A DNA stretch of 64,000 nucleotides from an uncultured Verrucomicrobiae bacterium (GTDB taxonomy: Bacteria; Verrucomicrobiota; Verrucomicrobiia; Palsa-1439), in contig CAWIJG010000002.1 of NCBI GenBank assembly GCA_963836315.1, positions 1,699,791 to 1,763,790 on the forward strand, in the 5' to 3' direction. Below, one piece after another: positions 19,735 through 28,768 of this stretch. Each line of letters begins with the position of its first letter. Within the stretch, counting starts at the first letter, position 1. The notes beneath the pieces were generated by a model. It searched no databases. It saw only the letters and a list, made by a program, of their open reading frames with translations, and was not told the origin of the DNA. The translations under genes and the position numbers were made by a program.

Positions 19735-20376
19735 ATGTTTACCGCACGCACATTGCTCGAAGGCAAATGGCCAATCCTGATTTTTGCAGCGTTGACGGTT
19801 GCGACACTGACAGGATGCCCCGTAGACTGGGCGCCGATCGTTCCGCTGGCGCTGCTGGCCTTTACGATCTCATTTTTCCGCGACCCCGAGGTAAACGTGC
19901 CGCCGGACACAAAGCTCGTTGTCGCGCCGGCGACTGGGAAGATCGTCGAGATCAAGACCGTCCAAGAGCCGCTTTTTCTGAACGGCGAGGCGACGATGGT
20001 GGCGGTTTTTTTATCAGTCTTCGACGTGCACGTGCAGCGGGCGCCGATCGACGGCGAGGTCAAGTTTGTGCACTACAACCGGGGTAAATTCCTCGACGCC
20101 CGTGATCCGAACGCGTCGCTCCAAAACGAGAACCGCGTGGTTGGCATCGAGTCGGCGGACGGATTTCGAGTGACTGTCCGCCAGATTGCTGGGTTGATTG
20201 CGCGACGCATAGTCGGCTGGGCTGATCAGGGCGCAACGCTGTCGAAGGGTGAACGGTTCGGGATGATCCGGTTCGGTTCGCGCGTGGAACTATTCCTGCC
20301 GCACGGCACGGAGATTATGGCGAAAGTGGGCGATTACGCGAAAGGTGGTGAGACGATCCTTGCCAGAAGAACATGA
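19735..20376 (+). CDS. psd: Phosphatidylserine decarboxylase proenzyme (short, archaeal/PSD-A type)
   Basis: 213 aa with N-terminal TM segment. Conserved PSD motifs (FFRDPEVNVP...ATMVAVFLSVFDVHVQRAPIDGEV...GFRVTVRQIAGLIARRI...GERFGMIRFGSRVELFLP) including the GS-type cleavage region. Confidence 0.8.
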   Translation: MFTARTLLEGKWPILIFAALTVATLTGCPVDWAPIVPLALLAFTISFFRDPEVNVPPDTKLVVAPATGKIVEIKTVQEPLFLNGEATMVAVFLSVFDVHVQRAPIDGEVKFVHYNRGKFLDARDPNASLQNENRVVGIESADGFRVTVRQIAGLIARRIVGWADQGATLSKGERFGMIRFGSRVELFLPHGTEIMAKVGDYAKGGETILARRT

Positions 20377-21216
20377 TATACGATCGCGCACGGAAGCCCG
20401 CGTGCTGAATGCCGCCACCTCGCCGCACCGCGAAGAGAAGGTTCGGATCTACTTTTTGCCAAACCTGCTGACGGCAGGCAATCTCGCATGCGGCTTCTTT
20501 GCCCTGACGTGGATTTTCAAGTATCAGGAGGGGGGGACTTCGAGCCGATCCGGACGGCGATCCGCCTGATTCTGGCGGCGTTTGCGTTCGACCTGTTTGA
20601 CGGGCGGCTGGCGCGGCTGGCGCATAAAGAATCACGGTTTGGGCGCGAGTTCGATTCCATCGCGGACATCGTGAGTTTCGGTGTGGCACCGGCGTTCCTG
20701 ATCTATCGGATTGTGCTGCAGGAATTCGATTCCGGCTGGGTGATTGCGGCGTTTTATCTGGTGTGCGGCGGGATTCGGCTGGCACGGTTCAATGTCCTGA
20801 GTGCGCGGCCCGGAGGTGCGGACGAGCGCGAGTTTGTCGGATTCCCAATCCCGTCGGCAGCAGCCTTGGTGGTGAGCGTGACGATGCTCATCATGTGGAT
20901 GGTCGGACACGACCGAACGCTGGGCAACTGGCGGTTTGTGCTGCCGGCATTGATGCTGTTGCTCTCGGGTCTGATGGTCAGCAACGTTCGCTACCCGACC
21001 TTCAAGTACGTGGACTGGACGTTGTATCGATCGGTGGCCACCTTTGCCGCCGCAGTGATTGTCGGGTTGTTGCTGGCAAGGTACTTTCAGATCACCTTGG
21101 CACTCTTGTTCATTGCGTACTTGTTATACGGGCTGGTGCGTCCATGGGTGAGCAAACGGTGGCGGCGCGAGATTGAATCGGACGAAGAGGACGAAGACGA
21201 TTCGGCAGAGGGCTAG
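20345..21216 (+). CDS. pssA: CDP-diacylglycerol--serine O-phosphatidyltransferase (CDP-alcohol phosphatidyltransferase family), reading frame broken at a G7 homopolymer
   Basis: The N-terminal part (RIYFLPNLLTAGNLACGFFALTWIFKYQEGG) is in frame 2. The remainder (DFEPIRTAIRLILAAFAFDLFDGRLARL...FGREFDSIADIVSFGVAP, the D-G-x-x-A-R...G-x-x-x-D-x-x-x-D motif) is in frame 1. The switch is at GGGGGGG, 20525-20531. One additional G would restore a continuous PssA (..YQEGGDFEPIRT..). Overlaps the psd stop. Confidence 0.7.
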
Positions 21217-21224
21217 ACAACAGC

Positions 21225-21881
21225 GTGGTAGAGAACCTTTTTCAACCTTTCCTTGCAGGAATCGTCTGCGGATTCTTGGTGTCGGTCCCGGTCGGCCCCG
21301 TGAATCTCACCGTCATCAACCAGGCACTGCGCCGGGGTTTTGGCGCCGCGTTTCTAATGGGCCTCGGGGCAATCTTCGCGGAGTCGTTGTACGCGTCGCT
21401 GATGCTCTGGGGGCACACGTCGATTCTCGACGAACCGCGCGTGGTGCTGATCTTGCGCATCGTTGCCGTCGTAGTGATCGCGGGATTGGGCGCGCGCTAC
21501 CTGCTCTTCAAGACCGAACGACTGGACGTCAGCGAGGCGGCAGCCCAACGGTTGGATGAACGCTGGCATCATCCACAGTCGTTCTTCCTCGGGTTTGCGT
21601 TGACGATTACAAACTTTATGTTGGTGGTGGTGTGGGCGACGATAGTGACCCTGCTGTTCGCGCATGAATGGGTGACGCGGACACGCGCCAGCCGGGTCCT
21701 GTGCATCATGGGGGTTCTTGTTGGTGGCACGGCGTGGTTCTTTCTGGTGGCCTTCTTCGTCTCTCGCGCGCATCGTCGTATAAAGGCGGGAACCTTGACC
21801 TTGCTCGTGCGCAGCTGCGGCGTGGTCTTTCTGGGGTTCGCCGCGCTGTTGGCGTACAAGCTGATTCACCACTGGCTGTAG
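21225..21881 (+). CDS. LysE/RhtB family amino-acid exporter
   Basis: 218 aa, 6 TM. N-terminus LFQPFLAGIVCGFLVSVPVGPVNLTVINQALRRGFGAAFLMGLGAIFAESLY, typical of LysE-type translocators. Confidence 0.75.
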   Translation: MVENLFQPFLAGIVCGFLVSVPVGPVNLTVINQALRRGFGAAFLMGLGAIFAESLYASLMLWGHTSILDEPRVVLILRIVAVVVIAGLGARYLLFKTERLDVSEAAAQRLDERWHHPQSFFLGFALTITNFMLVVVWATIVTLLFAHEWVTRTRASRVLCIMGVLVGGTAWFFLVAFFVSRAHRRIKAGTLTLLVRSCGVVFLGFAALLAYKLIHHWL

Positions 21882-21901
21882 AGACAGCGGCAACCGCACT
21901 C

Positions 21902-22891
21902 TCACTTTCCGAGCTTCTTCAGCAAACCCGGTAGCTTTCTCAACGCGATGATCTGGCGTTTGGTTTGCATTGCCGGTTGCGCAGGGCTGCCGAACACGAC
22001 CGAGCCTGGTGGCACATCCTCCGCAACGCCGCTCTGTGCGGCCACCACCGAGTTCGCCCCGATCTTGAGATGATCAGCCACGCCGGCCTGTCCGGCCAGC
22101 GTCACGTTGTCGCCAATCTGTACGCTGCCGGCGATGCCGACTTGCGAGATCACGATGCAATTCTGGCCAAGGGTGACGTTATGGGCGATCTGCACAAGGT
22201 TGTCGATCTTGGTCCCGCGCTTGATGAGGGTTGAATCCATCGTCGCCCGATCGATGGCCACGTTCGCGCCGATCTCGACGTCGTCTTCAATGATCACGTT
22301 GCCAGTCTGTGGGATTTTCAGCCGGTCCCCGCCGTCCTGCACATAGCCGAAACCATCGCTGCCGATGACCGACCCAGCGTGAATGGCGACGCGATTGCCG
22401 AGATGGATGTCATGGTAGAGCGTGACGTTCGGGTACAGCAGGCAATCATCGCCAAGGGTGCTGCCTTCGCCGACGACGCTGTGCGCGTCGATGACCGTGC
22501 GGTTGCCGATGGAGACGTGGTCGCGCAGCACCGCGTACTCGCCGATGAATACACCCTCGCCAAGCCGCACATCGTGACCCAATTGGGCAGTCGGGTGAAC
22601 GCGCGCGGGATATTGGCGCGGTGGATGAAAAATCGCCAGCGCCCGCGCAAACGCGGCCCGCGGGTTTTTCACTCGGATCACCGTCTTGTGTAAGGGGGGT
22701 GTGTTGAGCGGAACGATGATTGCCGCCGCTGCGGAGCCTTCGGCGTCCGCGCTGTGTTTCGCGTTTTCCGCAAACGTGATGTCGGTGGGTTGGGCTCGAG
22801 GGATTGGCGCAATTCCACTCAGCGAAATGTTCCCGTCGCCTTCGACCTGGCCGCCGATTCGCGCCGCGAGCGCGTGAACGGTAATGGACAT
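21902..22891 (-). CDS. lpxD: UDP-3-O-(3-hydroxyacyl)glucosamine N-acyltransferase
   Basis: From MSITVHALAARIGG (start codon on minus strand at 22889-22891). LpxD N-terminal domain, then left-handed beta-helix hexapeptide repeats (VHPTAQLGHDVRLGEGVFIGEYAVLRDHVSIGNRTVIDAHSVVGEGSTLGDDCLLYPNVTLYHDIHLGNRVAIHAGSVIGSDGFGY) and a C-terminal helix. The ORF-track N-terminal extension to 23128 is unlikely. Confidence 0.85.
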   Translation of the reverse strand: MSITVHALAARIGGQVEGDGNISLSGIAPIPRAQPTDITFAENAKHSADAEGSAAAAIIVPLNTPPLHKTVIRVKNPRAAFARALAIFHPPRQYPARVHPTAQLGHDVRLGEGVFIGEYAVLRDHVSIGNRTVIDAHSVVGEGSTLGDDCLLYPNVTLYHDIHLGNRVAIHAGSVIGSDGFGYVQDGGDRLKIPQTGNVIIEDDVEIGANVAIDRATMDSTLIKRGTKIDNLVQIAHNVTLGQNCIVISQVGIAGSVQIGDNVTLAGQAGVADHLKIGANSVVAAQSGVAEDVPPGSVVFGSPAQPAMQTKRQIIALRKLPGLLKKLGK

Positions 22892-22967
22892 CGCGTGCAG
22901 CGTAACAGAAGGCCCTCGTGAAGGCAACGAATTGACTTGGCCGCCGGCGAACCGTAGACTTTCGGCC

Positions 22968-24395
22968 ATGGCCAAGCAAAAGCACACGGCGTTTGCGGGC
23001 TGGCTGGCGAGGACAAAGCAGTTCCTTGAAGAAACTCCGATCGAGCCCGGGGGAGCGCGCCCGATCGTCCAGAGGCTGCACACGGCCGCGCACTTCATCA
23101 CGCTCATCGTTCGCGGGTTCGTGAACAATCGCTGCCCGATGCGGGCGGCGGCGCTCTGCTACACAACACTTCTGGCGCTCGTGCCGCTGTTGGCGGTGGT
23201 TTTCAGCATCTCAAGAAGCTTCCTGCAAACCACGAGCGCGGACCTGGCGCCGAGGGTGGTTGACGCAATTGTGGGGAAGGTGGCGCCGCAACTCGAGTAC
23301 GTGCCCGCCGACGGCCAGGCCCCGATAGGCGGCTCGACTGCCAGGGGGCATGTCGTGGTTTCGACGCAGGCCCGCCAACAGGTCGTCGACAAGATCCAGT
23401 CGTTCATCGGCAACATTGACCGGGGCAAGCTGGGCACAGTCGGGGGCGTGTTGCTGGCGCTGGTCGCCGTGCGGTTGTTGATGACCATCGAACAAACCTT
23501 CAACGACATTTGGGGCGTACAGCGGGGGCGCTCGATCTGGCGCAAGGTGGTGTACTACTGGACTTCGATCACGCTCGGGCCCATTGTTTTGTTCACCGCA
23601 TTGGCAGCGACCGGGACCGCGGAGTTTTCCACCGTCATGGGACGGTTGTCGTTTGCGCCGGGTTTTCAGCGGTGGCTGCTGGAACTGGCGCCCTACGCCA
23701 TCCTGTGGGTCGGCTTCTCGCTCATGTACGGGCTGATGCCGAACACCCGCGTGCGATTTCATGCCGCGCTGATTGGCGGTGTGGTCGGGGGAACGTTGTG
23801 GCAATGGAACAGTCAGCTCAACACGATGTACCTGTCCCGTGTAGTCACTTACAGTAAAATCTACGGCGGGCTGGGGGTGGTGCCGGTCTTCCTGCTGGGC
23901 CTCTATTTTTCGTGGTTGATCGTGCTGTTCGGGGCGCAAGTGTCGTTCGCCGCGCAGAACGTGCACCTCTACCTGCAGCAGCGCGCGAGCGAACGGATGG
24001 ACCAGGCCCGGCGCGAGTTGCTCGCCTGTCGGGTTGTCCTCCATGCATGCCAAAGCTTTTTGCGCGGCGCGCCACCACCCGACACGGAAATGCTGGCGAG
24101 CCAGCTTCGCGCGCCGCTGCAGTCGCTCAACCAGTTGGCGCACCGACTCGTCGAAGGTGGCGTCCTCGTCGAGGTGGCCAGCGCCCAAGGAGGCCTGCAG
24201 CCGGCGCACCCGCCGGAATCGATTACCATTGCCGACGTGCTGCACGTCGTGCGCACGAGCGACGGATCCTGCTCGGATGAACCGAGGCGCCCGGGTTCGG
24301 AACCAGTCGAGCGGACACTTTCCGAAATCGCCGCCGTGGTGCGATCCGCGACCGCCAACGCCAATTTCGGTGACCTGGTGACAAAGCTGAACTAG
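22968..24395 (+). CDS. YihY/BrkB (virulence factor BrkB / ribonuclease BN-like) family inner-membrane protein with C-terminal soluble extension
   Basis: From MAKQKH. Motifs RAAALCYTTLLALVPLLAVVFSI and multiple TM helices typical of the YihY family, then a ~120-aa C-terminal hydrophilic domain. The upstream ATG at 22884 would overlap the divergent lpxD start and is rejected. Confidence 0.7.
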   Translation: MAKQKHTAFAGWLARTKQFLEETPIEPGGARPIVQRLHTAAHFITLIVRGFVNNRCPMRAAALCYTTLLALVPLLAVVFSISRSFLQTTSADLAPRVVDAIVGKVAPQLEYVPADGQAPIGGSTARGHVVVSTQARQQVVDKIQSFIGNIDRGKLGTVGGVLLALVAVRLLMTIEQTFNDIWGVQRGRSIWRKVVYYWTSITLGPIVLFTALAATGTAEFSTVMGRLSFAPGFQRWLLELAPYAILWVGFSLMYGLMPNTRVRFHAALIGGVVGGTLWQWNSQLNTMYLSRVVTYSKIYGGLGVVPVFLLGLYFSWLIVLFGAQVSFAAQNVHLYLQQRASERMDQARRELLACRVVLHACQSFLRGAPPPDTEMLASQLRAPLQSLNQLAHRLVEGGVLVEVASAQGGLQPAHPPESITIADVLHVVRTSDGSCSDEPRRPGSEPVERTLSEIAAVVRSATANANFGDLVTKLN

Positions 24396-24976
24396 TGTTT
24401 CGGCAGGACGCGCCCCCTCATGCTCTTGTGAAGGAAGGTGGTCACGGCGTCAGGCCGTGTTGTAAGGGCTGCTGGACACGAGTGTCTAGTATGTCAGGCG
24501 GACTGGACACTCCAGACATGTCCAGATCACCCTGTCGGCGATGCCCTACGTACGGCTGGTATCCACCAAGTGCCAGCCTCCCTAGTGGTTACATTTTGAT
24601 TGACTTCGACGGCGGCCAAGCCTTATTCTTTGTGGCATGCAAGGCGCTTGATGGTGGCATCGTTGGAGAAGCGCCTTCGAGTGGGTATTGAGGCTCACTT
24701 CCAAGGTGACGGTGGTTTGTAGTTTTGGGTATATGGGTTGAAGGGAAGGATGAAGGGGTGTTGTAACAGGCGAGAATCATAGCCAGGGTCGTGCTGCAAA
24801 CGGTCGCGTAAGCCGAAAAGCCATCCTGAAGTGGTGCACATCCAGAAGCCAAGGATTCTGCTGACACCCGATCCGAGCCAGGGCTCATGATGTTGTCGTA
24901 CTATCCGACGTTGGATGGTAACCTCCATGAGTCGAGTTTGGAATCCGAATCCCGATCAGGCGAGGTGAATTGAACC

Positions 24977-25579
24977 ATGCGATATTTGCTACAGGGAATT
25001 AAAGGCCGCGGGCAACGACTTGGTCGCGATCATTCCGGGCAGGCATTGATCGAGTTTGTGCTTCCCTCCATTTTTCTGATCCTGTTGCTGTTCGGCCTGA
25101 TCGACTTCGCGATCGCGATTTTCTACCGGCAGGCCATGATCAATGTTTCCCGGGAAGGCTCGAACATCGCCGCCCGGATTGGCGCGAGCACACCGGCTGC
25201 CGCCGTTAATACCGCCCTCGTTACCGTGGTTACGTCGGCCTACCCGCCGCTCCTGATCATGGGAACTACCGCGGACAGGGGCATGGGAAGGGTGATTGTA
25301 TCCGCCGTGATCAAGAATGGTGCGAATTACAGCGTGATCGCTCAAGCGTCGCAGGGGGGACTCGACTCGACCACGGCCCCCAGCAAAATCCATGAGGGAG
25401 TGGGTGTGATACGCACCGGCAATGGCGTCGGCTTGCCTCAGACAAACCCGCAAATCCCGGCTGGCAACAGTACCCTGTACATCACCGAGGTGTATTACAA
25501 GTTCAAGACAGCCTCGCCGCTGGGCGGGTTGGTGGGATATATCATGACCAACCAATTGTATGACGCCGCGTACTTTTAG
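24977..25579 (+). CDS. TadE-like pilus-assembly/pseudopilin-type protein
   Basis: N-terminal TadE-like domain (GQALIEFVLPSIFLILLLFGLIDFAIAIFYRQAMINVSREG). 200 aa. Followed by a TadG-like vWA gene. Confidence 0.6.
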   Translation: MRYLLQGIKGRGQRLGRDHSGQALIEFVLPSIFLILLLFGLIDFAIAIFYRQAMINVSREGSNIAARIGASTPAAAVNTALVTVVTSAYPPLLIMGTTADRGMGRVIVSAVIKNGANYSVIAQASQGGLDSTTAPSKIHEGVGVIRTGNGVGLPQTNPQIPAGNSTLYITEVYYKFKTASPLGGLVGYIMTNQLYDAAYF

Positions 25580-25597
25580 CAATTTGAGGAGGGAACC

Positions 25598-26922
25598 ATG
25601 AAACGATTTATGATTCGGGGGAACGCCGGACGCGGCGGCGAGCGCGGCCAGATGTTGCCGTTGGTCGCGCTGTCGGCGGCGGTCCTGATCGCCCTGATCG
25701 GTTTGTCTATCGACCTCGGGTTTGCGTACGTGACCAAGGCGCGACTCTCCAAAGCCTGTGATGCCGCCGCGTTGGCGGGGATGGAGAACATCAATCTGGG
25801 GACGACCACCGCAGCCGCGGTTGCCAAGGCCGAATTCTACGCCAACTATGCCAATGGCGGCACCAGAACGACCTTGGACACGGCCCCGGTCTCTCCGACG
25901 TTTACATTCACGCCCAATTCCTCCGCCGCGACGCAACTGACCGTTAGCGCAAAGACGACGATCCAGACATTCTTTCTGAAGGTATTGCCGGCCTTGGGAT
26001 TTGCGCAATGGAATGCCGTGTCGGCCGGTGATTCCTCCGTGGTTTCACGAGGTCATCTTGCCTTTACATTGGTGTTGGATAAATCGGGTGTCCATCGAAC
26101 GGAAACGGAGGAAGAGCGGCGATGTATCCAACCGTGACGAATTTCCTCGGTTTTTTCAGTGACACTCTCGACCAAGCGGCGCTGGTGACATTTAATACGC
26201 TTGCCACCACCAACGTGCCGATGATAGCGCCTTTCACGTCAACGATAAGCAGTTCGACGCACGTGGTATATGTGACAGGGCCCTACCCCACACAGCTTCC
26301 AACTGATCCCAACACCTTCACGGACGGCGAACGCGGGCTGTACGACGCCCTGAATATAGAAGCTCCAATAAACGCATCGAATTTTGTTAAAGCGGTCATT
26401 TTCTTTACCGACGGTCATATGAACACTCTGGAAGACACCCTGAATTGCCCCGGTTCGACCAACCTCGTTTTTACAGCAGGCGACGGCAGCCAGACCGAAA
26501 TCGATTTCTTTTACAAGTACCCTGTTGCGCTACCTTTTGCGGGCAGTGCAACGAATATAGGCTGCAAAGTCTGCGGCGGCAAGGATCCCTGCTCCGCGTC
26601 CACAAGCTTCCCATCCCTTCATGGTGGTGGAGGGACGTTGTCTTTTACCGCCGATAATGTGCGGGAAGAGGCCGAAGATCGCTGTATAGAATGGGCGAGC
26701 GAAATGCGTGATAACAAGATTGTCGTCTGCGCGGTTGGATTGGGCACGGGATCCGATCGACCCGATGTACCCTTTATGCAGATCGTCGCCAACGACCCCG
26801 CTTATCCGGGCCTTACGCCGACTCCATACGACGGCATCTACGTTACAGCAACCAACTCAACCGACATGCTGCCAGCCTTCCAGACAATTGCTGAGACTCT
26901 TTTGCTGCGATTGATACACTAG
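25598..26922 (+). CDS. TadG-like protein with von Willebrand factor A domain; apparent frameshift inside the MIDAS motif
   Basis: The N-terminal part (GQMLPLVALSAAVLIALIGLSIDLGFAYVTKARLSKACDAAALAG, TadG/Flp-pilus-type N-terminus) is in frame 2 and ends right after LAFTLVLDKSG (vWA D-x-S-G-S start). The downstream ORF in frame 1 continues a vWA domain (DQAALVTFNTLA...AVIFFTDGHMN...VVCAVGLGTG). The frame switch is between 26087 and 26122. Confidence 0.55.
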
Positions 26923-27035
26923 GCGCGCGTCGTTGGTAACAAGCCGTTCGAAACAGTGGCACGACACTGTTCCACATCGAATCTTCTCTTCCCAGCCTGT
27001 AACCGGACTGAGTAACCACCGCTGTGTCCAGTTCG

Positions 27036-27078
27036 CTGAACACTCGGAGTGTTCAGGTGACCTTGACACAGTGTTCAG
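27036..27078. promoter_or_regulatory. Perfect 9-bp inverted repeat CTGAACACT-CGG-AGTGTTCAG plus a third GTGTTCAG half-site; candidate operator upstream of the sigma-factor gene
   Basis: Read directly from the sequence (27036-27056 palindrome; a further GTGTTCAG copy at 27071-27078). A second inverted repeat AACAGTG-N6-CACTGTT lies at 26952-26971. The region is intergenic between the tadG-like gene and the sigma factor. Confidence 0.3.
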
Positions 27079-27350
27079 CATGTAAAGGCTGGTGGACATT
27101 CGGCCGGCTCGTTTCGGAGGTCACTGCGTTTCCCGCAGGATTTTTCAATTTCGCAATCCACTCATCGGCTGCCAGTTACGTCGTGCGAAGGGTAACCACC
27201 CGCCAAGCCTTGGTTTTATTGGCATAGCGGACGCTAGGTAGGAAGGAGTCACTTGGAGAAGTGAGCGGGTGGGTTGTGGATTGAACACAGGGTGCGTCCA
27301 TCTGTCGCGCCCAACTTGGAACGCGAGCGCAGACGACGAGGGGTGGTCAA

Positions 27351-28004
27351 ATGACTGAGAACCAGATTGTGAAACAGTTGCAGGGAATCGCCTCGAGGTT
27401 GACGAGTGATCCCGATCAGCAAAGGGACCTGATGCAGGAGATGTTTGTGCACCTCATCCGCGTCCAGACCGCCGAACCCGGCCAGGCGCTTGGCTGGTAC
27501 CTGAAAAGCTGTGAATTCCGCGCCCGCAATTACCTCAAACCCGGCCACGGCGTCGACGCGTCCCGACGCGCCGGCATCGGCCTGCCCGTCGACGAAGTTA
27601 CCGCCGCCGGCGGCATGAGCCCGCGTAACGGCACACGTCTTTCTCCCGAGCCGATTGGTCCGATCGAAATCCAGGGCGAGCTCATCACCAGCGAAGTCCT
27701 CAACCTCATTGTCCCTCTTCTTTCCGACATGCGGCAACGAGTGCTGTTCTTGCTGATGAAGGGGTGCGGCGTCCGCGAAGCCGCCCGGGAACTGGGCATC
27801 ACCCACCCGGCGGTCATCAAGCACCGAAAAAAGATCGCCCGCATCGCCCGCGAACTGTTGCAGGAGTCGGAAGGCGTCGGCGTTGCGGTCGCCGTCCAAA
27901 ATGGCGCCGAAGATAACGGCAACGGCAACGGCAACGGTAACGGTAACGGAAATGGCAACGGCAATGGTAACGGCAGCGCCAATGGAGAGCCGCACGCCGG
28001 TTAG
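27351..28004 (+). CDS. ECF-type sigma-70 family RNA polymerase sigma factor with C-terminal (Asn-Gly)9 repeat tail
   Basis: Region-2-like segment (QQRDLMQEMFVHLIRV) and region-4 HTH (RQRVLFLLMKGCGVREAARELGITHPAVIKHRKKIARIAREL). C-terminus EDNGNGNGNGNGNGNGNGNGSANGEPHAG. Confidence 0.7.
   Translation: MTENQIVKQLQGIASRLTSDPDQQRDLMQEMFVHLIRVQTAEPGQALGWYLKSCEFRARNYLKPGHGVDASRRAGIGLPVDEVTAAGGMSPRNGTRLSPEPIGPIEIQGELITSEVLNLIVPLLSDMRQRVLFLLMKGCGVREAARELGITHPAVIKHRKKIARIARELLQESEGVGVAVAVQNGAEDNGNGNGNGNGNGNGNGNGNGSANGEPHAG
27915..27974 (+). repeat. Hexanucleotide microsatellite (AACGGC-like)x~10 inside the sigma-factor coding sequence, encoding (NG)n
   Basis: aacggcaacggcaacggcaacggtaacggtaacggaaatggcaacggcaatggtaacggc. 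An imperfect tandem hexamer with synonymous variation, read directly. Confidence 0.8.
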
Positions 28005-28081
28005 CGCCCCGCCCCGCATTGGGGCTTCCCAGCCGCAATTTCCTGTCGTGACAAGCTCGCATCGGTGGGTAAACTGCGGCC

Positions 28082-28768
28082 ATGCTTTACGGCCAAACCC
28101 CGAAGTGGATCGACCGGCTGGAACGCCTGCTGCCCGGCCTTGGCATTCCCAAGCTCGCACTTTATCTCGTTGGAGCACAGGCGTTTGGGTTCTTGTTGGC
28201 CCTGTTTGATCCGCACACACTGCTGCTTCTGCCTCTCGATCCGGACCTGGTGCTCAAGGGGGAACTGTGGCGGCTCGTCACGTTTCTGGCGGTGCCACTG
28301 TCGGTCAGTCCGTTGTGGATGGTGTTCGTGCTCTACTTCCTGTTCTTCATTATCAACGGCATCGAAGAGGAATGGGGCGAATTCCGCACGACGCTCTACG
28401 TGCTGGTGTCGGTGTTGTTGACCATCGCGTTTTCGTTTGCGTTCCACATGGCGATTGGGACCGTCGGTCCTCTCGAATCGACGCTGTTTCTGGCCGCGGC
28501 CACCATTGCGCCCGAATACCAGATCCTGTTGTTCCTCGTCCTTCCCGTGAAAATGAAATGGCTGGCCTGGCTGGCCGTGGCGGCCATCGTCTGGGAGCTG
28601 ATCTTCGGGACATGGTTGGGGCGCCTCTATTTGTTGACGATGTACGCGAATTACCTGTTGTTTTTCGGCCCGTATTTTGTCGACCGGCTCAAGGCGTTCC
28701 AGCGCCGCAAAAAATTCCAGCACGACGCGGCGGCCGGTCGCCCCGATAAAGGCGAGTCAATCGAATGA
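28082..28768 (+). CDS. Polytopic membrane protein (6-7 TM), function unknown; possibly a CPBP/rhomboid-like intramembrane protein
   Basis: 228 aa, strongly hydrophobic. Contains an EEEWGEFR acidic motif in a loop and FSFAFHMAIG in a TM helix, loosely reminiscent of CPBP (CAAX-protease-like) motifs. Sits immediately downstream of an ECF sigma factor, where anti-sigma/regulatory membrane proteins are common. Confidence 0.45.
   Translation: MLYGQTPKWIDRLERLLPGLGIPKLALYLVGAQAFGFLLALFDPHTLLLLPLDPDLVLKGELWRLVTFLAVPLSVSPLWMVFVLYFLFFIINGIEEEWGEFRTTLYVLVSVLLTIAFSFAFHMAIGTVGPLESTLFLAAATIAPEYQILLFLVLPVKMKWLAWLAVAAIVWELIFGTWLGRLYLLTMYANYLLFFGPYFVDRLKAFQRRKKFQHDAAAGRPDKGESIE

Noticed and set aside
22884-22967. 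Upstream ATG (22884) for the YihY-like gene giving an N-terminal extension MDIACSVTEGPREG...
   Set aside because: It would overlap the divergent lpxD start codon (22889-22891), and the extension is hydrophilic and non-conserved. The downstream ATG at 22968 (MAKQKH) is adopted.
27915-27974. (NG)n-encoding repeat as a sequencing or assembly artefact
   Set aside because: The hexamers are imperfect, with synonymous third-position variation (aacggc/aacggt/aatggc/aatggt). This is characteristic of an evolved coding repeat rather than a collapsed or duplicated read artefact, so it is kept as real.
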